Positions 62,606 through 64,000 of a stretch of 64,000 nucleotides of DNA are shown here, piece by piece (positions within the stretch are counted from its first letter, which is position 1; each line of letters opens with the position of its first letter). Position numbers and translations under genes: made by a program. This DNA is from Adineta vaga (taxonomy: Eukaryota > Animalia > Rotifera). The notes under the pieces are model-generated. The model was not told where the DNA came from and did no database searches. It saw only the letters and a list, made by a program, of their open reading frames with translations. The stretch covers positions 4,278,001 to 4,342,000 of the forward strand of contig CP075494.1 of NCBI GenBank assembly GCA_021613535.1. The letters are read 5' to 3'.

Positions 62606-63303
62606 GACAAATATTATATTGAACTGACTTTATTTGATTAATGCATACTCTTCTTTTCTTTGCCTACGCTAAAAACGCACCCTTTGACGATTAGTATCTC
62701 AACTTAAATCTATTTACGATAAGTCAAATGAAATCTAATGAATGGAAAGGTGAGTGCAGACTCAAGCTTTTCTATCTTAAAATGTTATCGAATTGGTCAA
62801 ATATCTAAAATTCTTAGAATATAGGTTGTCAAAATATGATTACTTCGGAAGAAATCCATTGTGTTCAGTAACGATTTCTAGGAAATATACTTTCATGGTT
62901 TGCTTTACGACAAAAACAAAATGAACAAGAACATAGAAATTATTTAGTGCACAGCTTATATCGAAAGAAAACAAATGTCTTATACAATAGTATGGAACAA
63001 AAAAATATCACTTATGTCTTTGACTTAATAAAGTTAATGACATACTGATTATGACTAAGAAGCAAAAGTTTTACATGGACTAGATATTTTAGAGCTTCGC
63101 AGTTCACGGGCATGGTAAAACTTATGTTACCTATAGTGTGCATTATAGAAGAAAAGAAAGAAGAATGGAAAGTTGGAGAAAAATATAGTTCATATGAGAT
63201 GACATGTTTGACATCGAATCTTTGTGATATCCTATAATGAGCAAGGTATATTTTTAAAATTGATTCAACGTACTACTTACACGAAGATTTGAAAAGCATT
63301 GAA

Positions 63304-63981
63304 CTAGTCTGTTGATTGTATGGGAGAGCATCCCTCTAATATATGTTCTTCCTTCTGTTGAAGTGTTTCTTGTCGTCGAGTTAAATCTTTCAGTTGTCTT
63401 TCTAAATTTCGCATCGTTCGAGTATAGTTTTCTACCGCCATTTGATGGTCTAATTTGCATTTTTGAGCAAAAATAAGTCGTTGACTCAAGTCATCTAATT
63501 TAACCTGGATACATTGTCGTTCCTCTCTTGAATGTATCGCAACTAGAGGAGTAATACTGTTAGCAGAATGTATCCGTCTCATTGTATCATGATACTCAAG
63601 TTGACGATCACAGTTTTGTGCAATTAGTTCTTGTATTTGTAAATCTTTATTTGTTTCAATTTTGTTAATTGATTTCACTTTTGGATAATTGTCATCTGCC
63701 CATTCATCAACAGCCTGAGTATTGTTACATAAGATGTGAAAAGCATTTATTTGTATCAAATCATGGTTATTTTTGACAATTTTTTGAAATTGTCCGATGT
63801 CGAAAAGAGGGAAAATTGGAATAAATGTAATTTGAGAATCGTGTTTTGAATATATGTGTTGTAAACATACATCAGTGTCGTAATGACGTTCGTAGACAGT
63901 AGGGGCACAGGAAATAATAGGGTAACAACAGTCAGGTTCTAATATAATTGTCAATGGTCGCCTAGGTGGTTCATCGGACAT
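63304..63981 (-). CDS. Hypothetical protein with C-terminal coiled coil
   Basis: 225-codon ATG-initiated ORF in AT-rich DNA; no family recognised. Confidence 0.6.
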   Translation of the reverse strand: MSDEPPRRPLTIILEPDCCYPIISCAPTVYERHYDTDVCLQHIYSKHDSQITFIPIFPLFDIGQFQKIVKNNHDLIQINAFHILCNNTQAVDEWADDNYPKVKSINKIETNKDLQIQELIAQNCDRQLEYHDTMRRIHSANSITPLVAIHSREERQCIQVKLDDLSQRLIFAQKCKLDHQMAVENYTRTMRNLERQLKDLTRRQETLQQKEEHILEGCSPIQSTD

Positions 63982-64000
63982 TTTCTAATGGACTACAATA

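Overview
AT-rich eukaryotic DNA with compact genes and mostly 50-60 nt GT-AG introns. The gene content (Thr-stalk NHL proteins, PAN-Kelch, ankyrin-ART and stand-alone ART proteins, an intronless orphan GPCR, many bacterial/fungal-type enzymes) suggests a bdelloid rotifer; this is an inference, not a database result. Left half: an unknown-domain/EF-hand(NCS)/MORN fusion gene, two convergent tRNA genes, an 11-exon TRPA-like channel, a Cdc123/R2K ATP-grasp gene, secreted proteins, a head-to-head atypical P450/FMO pair, and a tandem duplication (FMO 3' end - NHL - ART - Kelch 5' end) with a readable microhomology breakpoint. Right half (37.6-58.5 kb) is dense in small-molecule enzymes: an intron-containing but broken bacterial-type aspartate beta-decarboxylase, a hydroxy-acid oxidase, a head-to-head mysC/mysD pair (mycosporine-like amino acid sunscreen ligases), a GST-omega, a 7-exon heme-oxygenase-like diiron oxidase, and an XDH-family enzyme with altered substrate residues. 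The top candidate for an undescribed system is the cyanobacterial-type mysC-mysD module in an animal-type genome, possibly with neighbouring tailoring enzymes. All family calls rest on motifs I recognised by eye; no searches were run.
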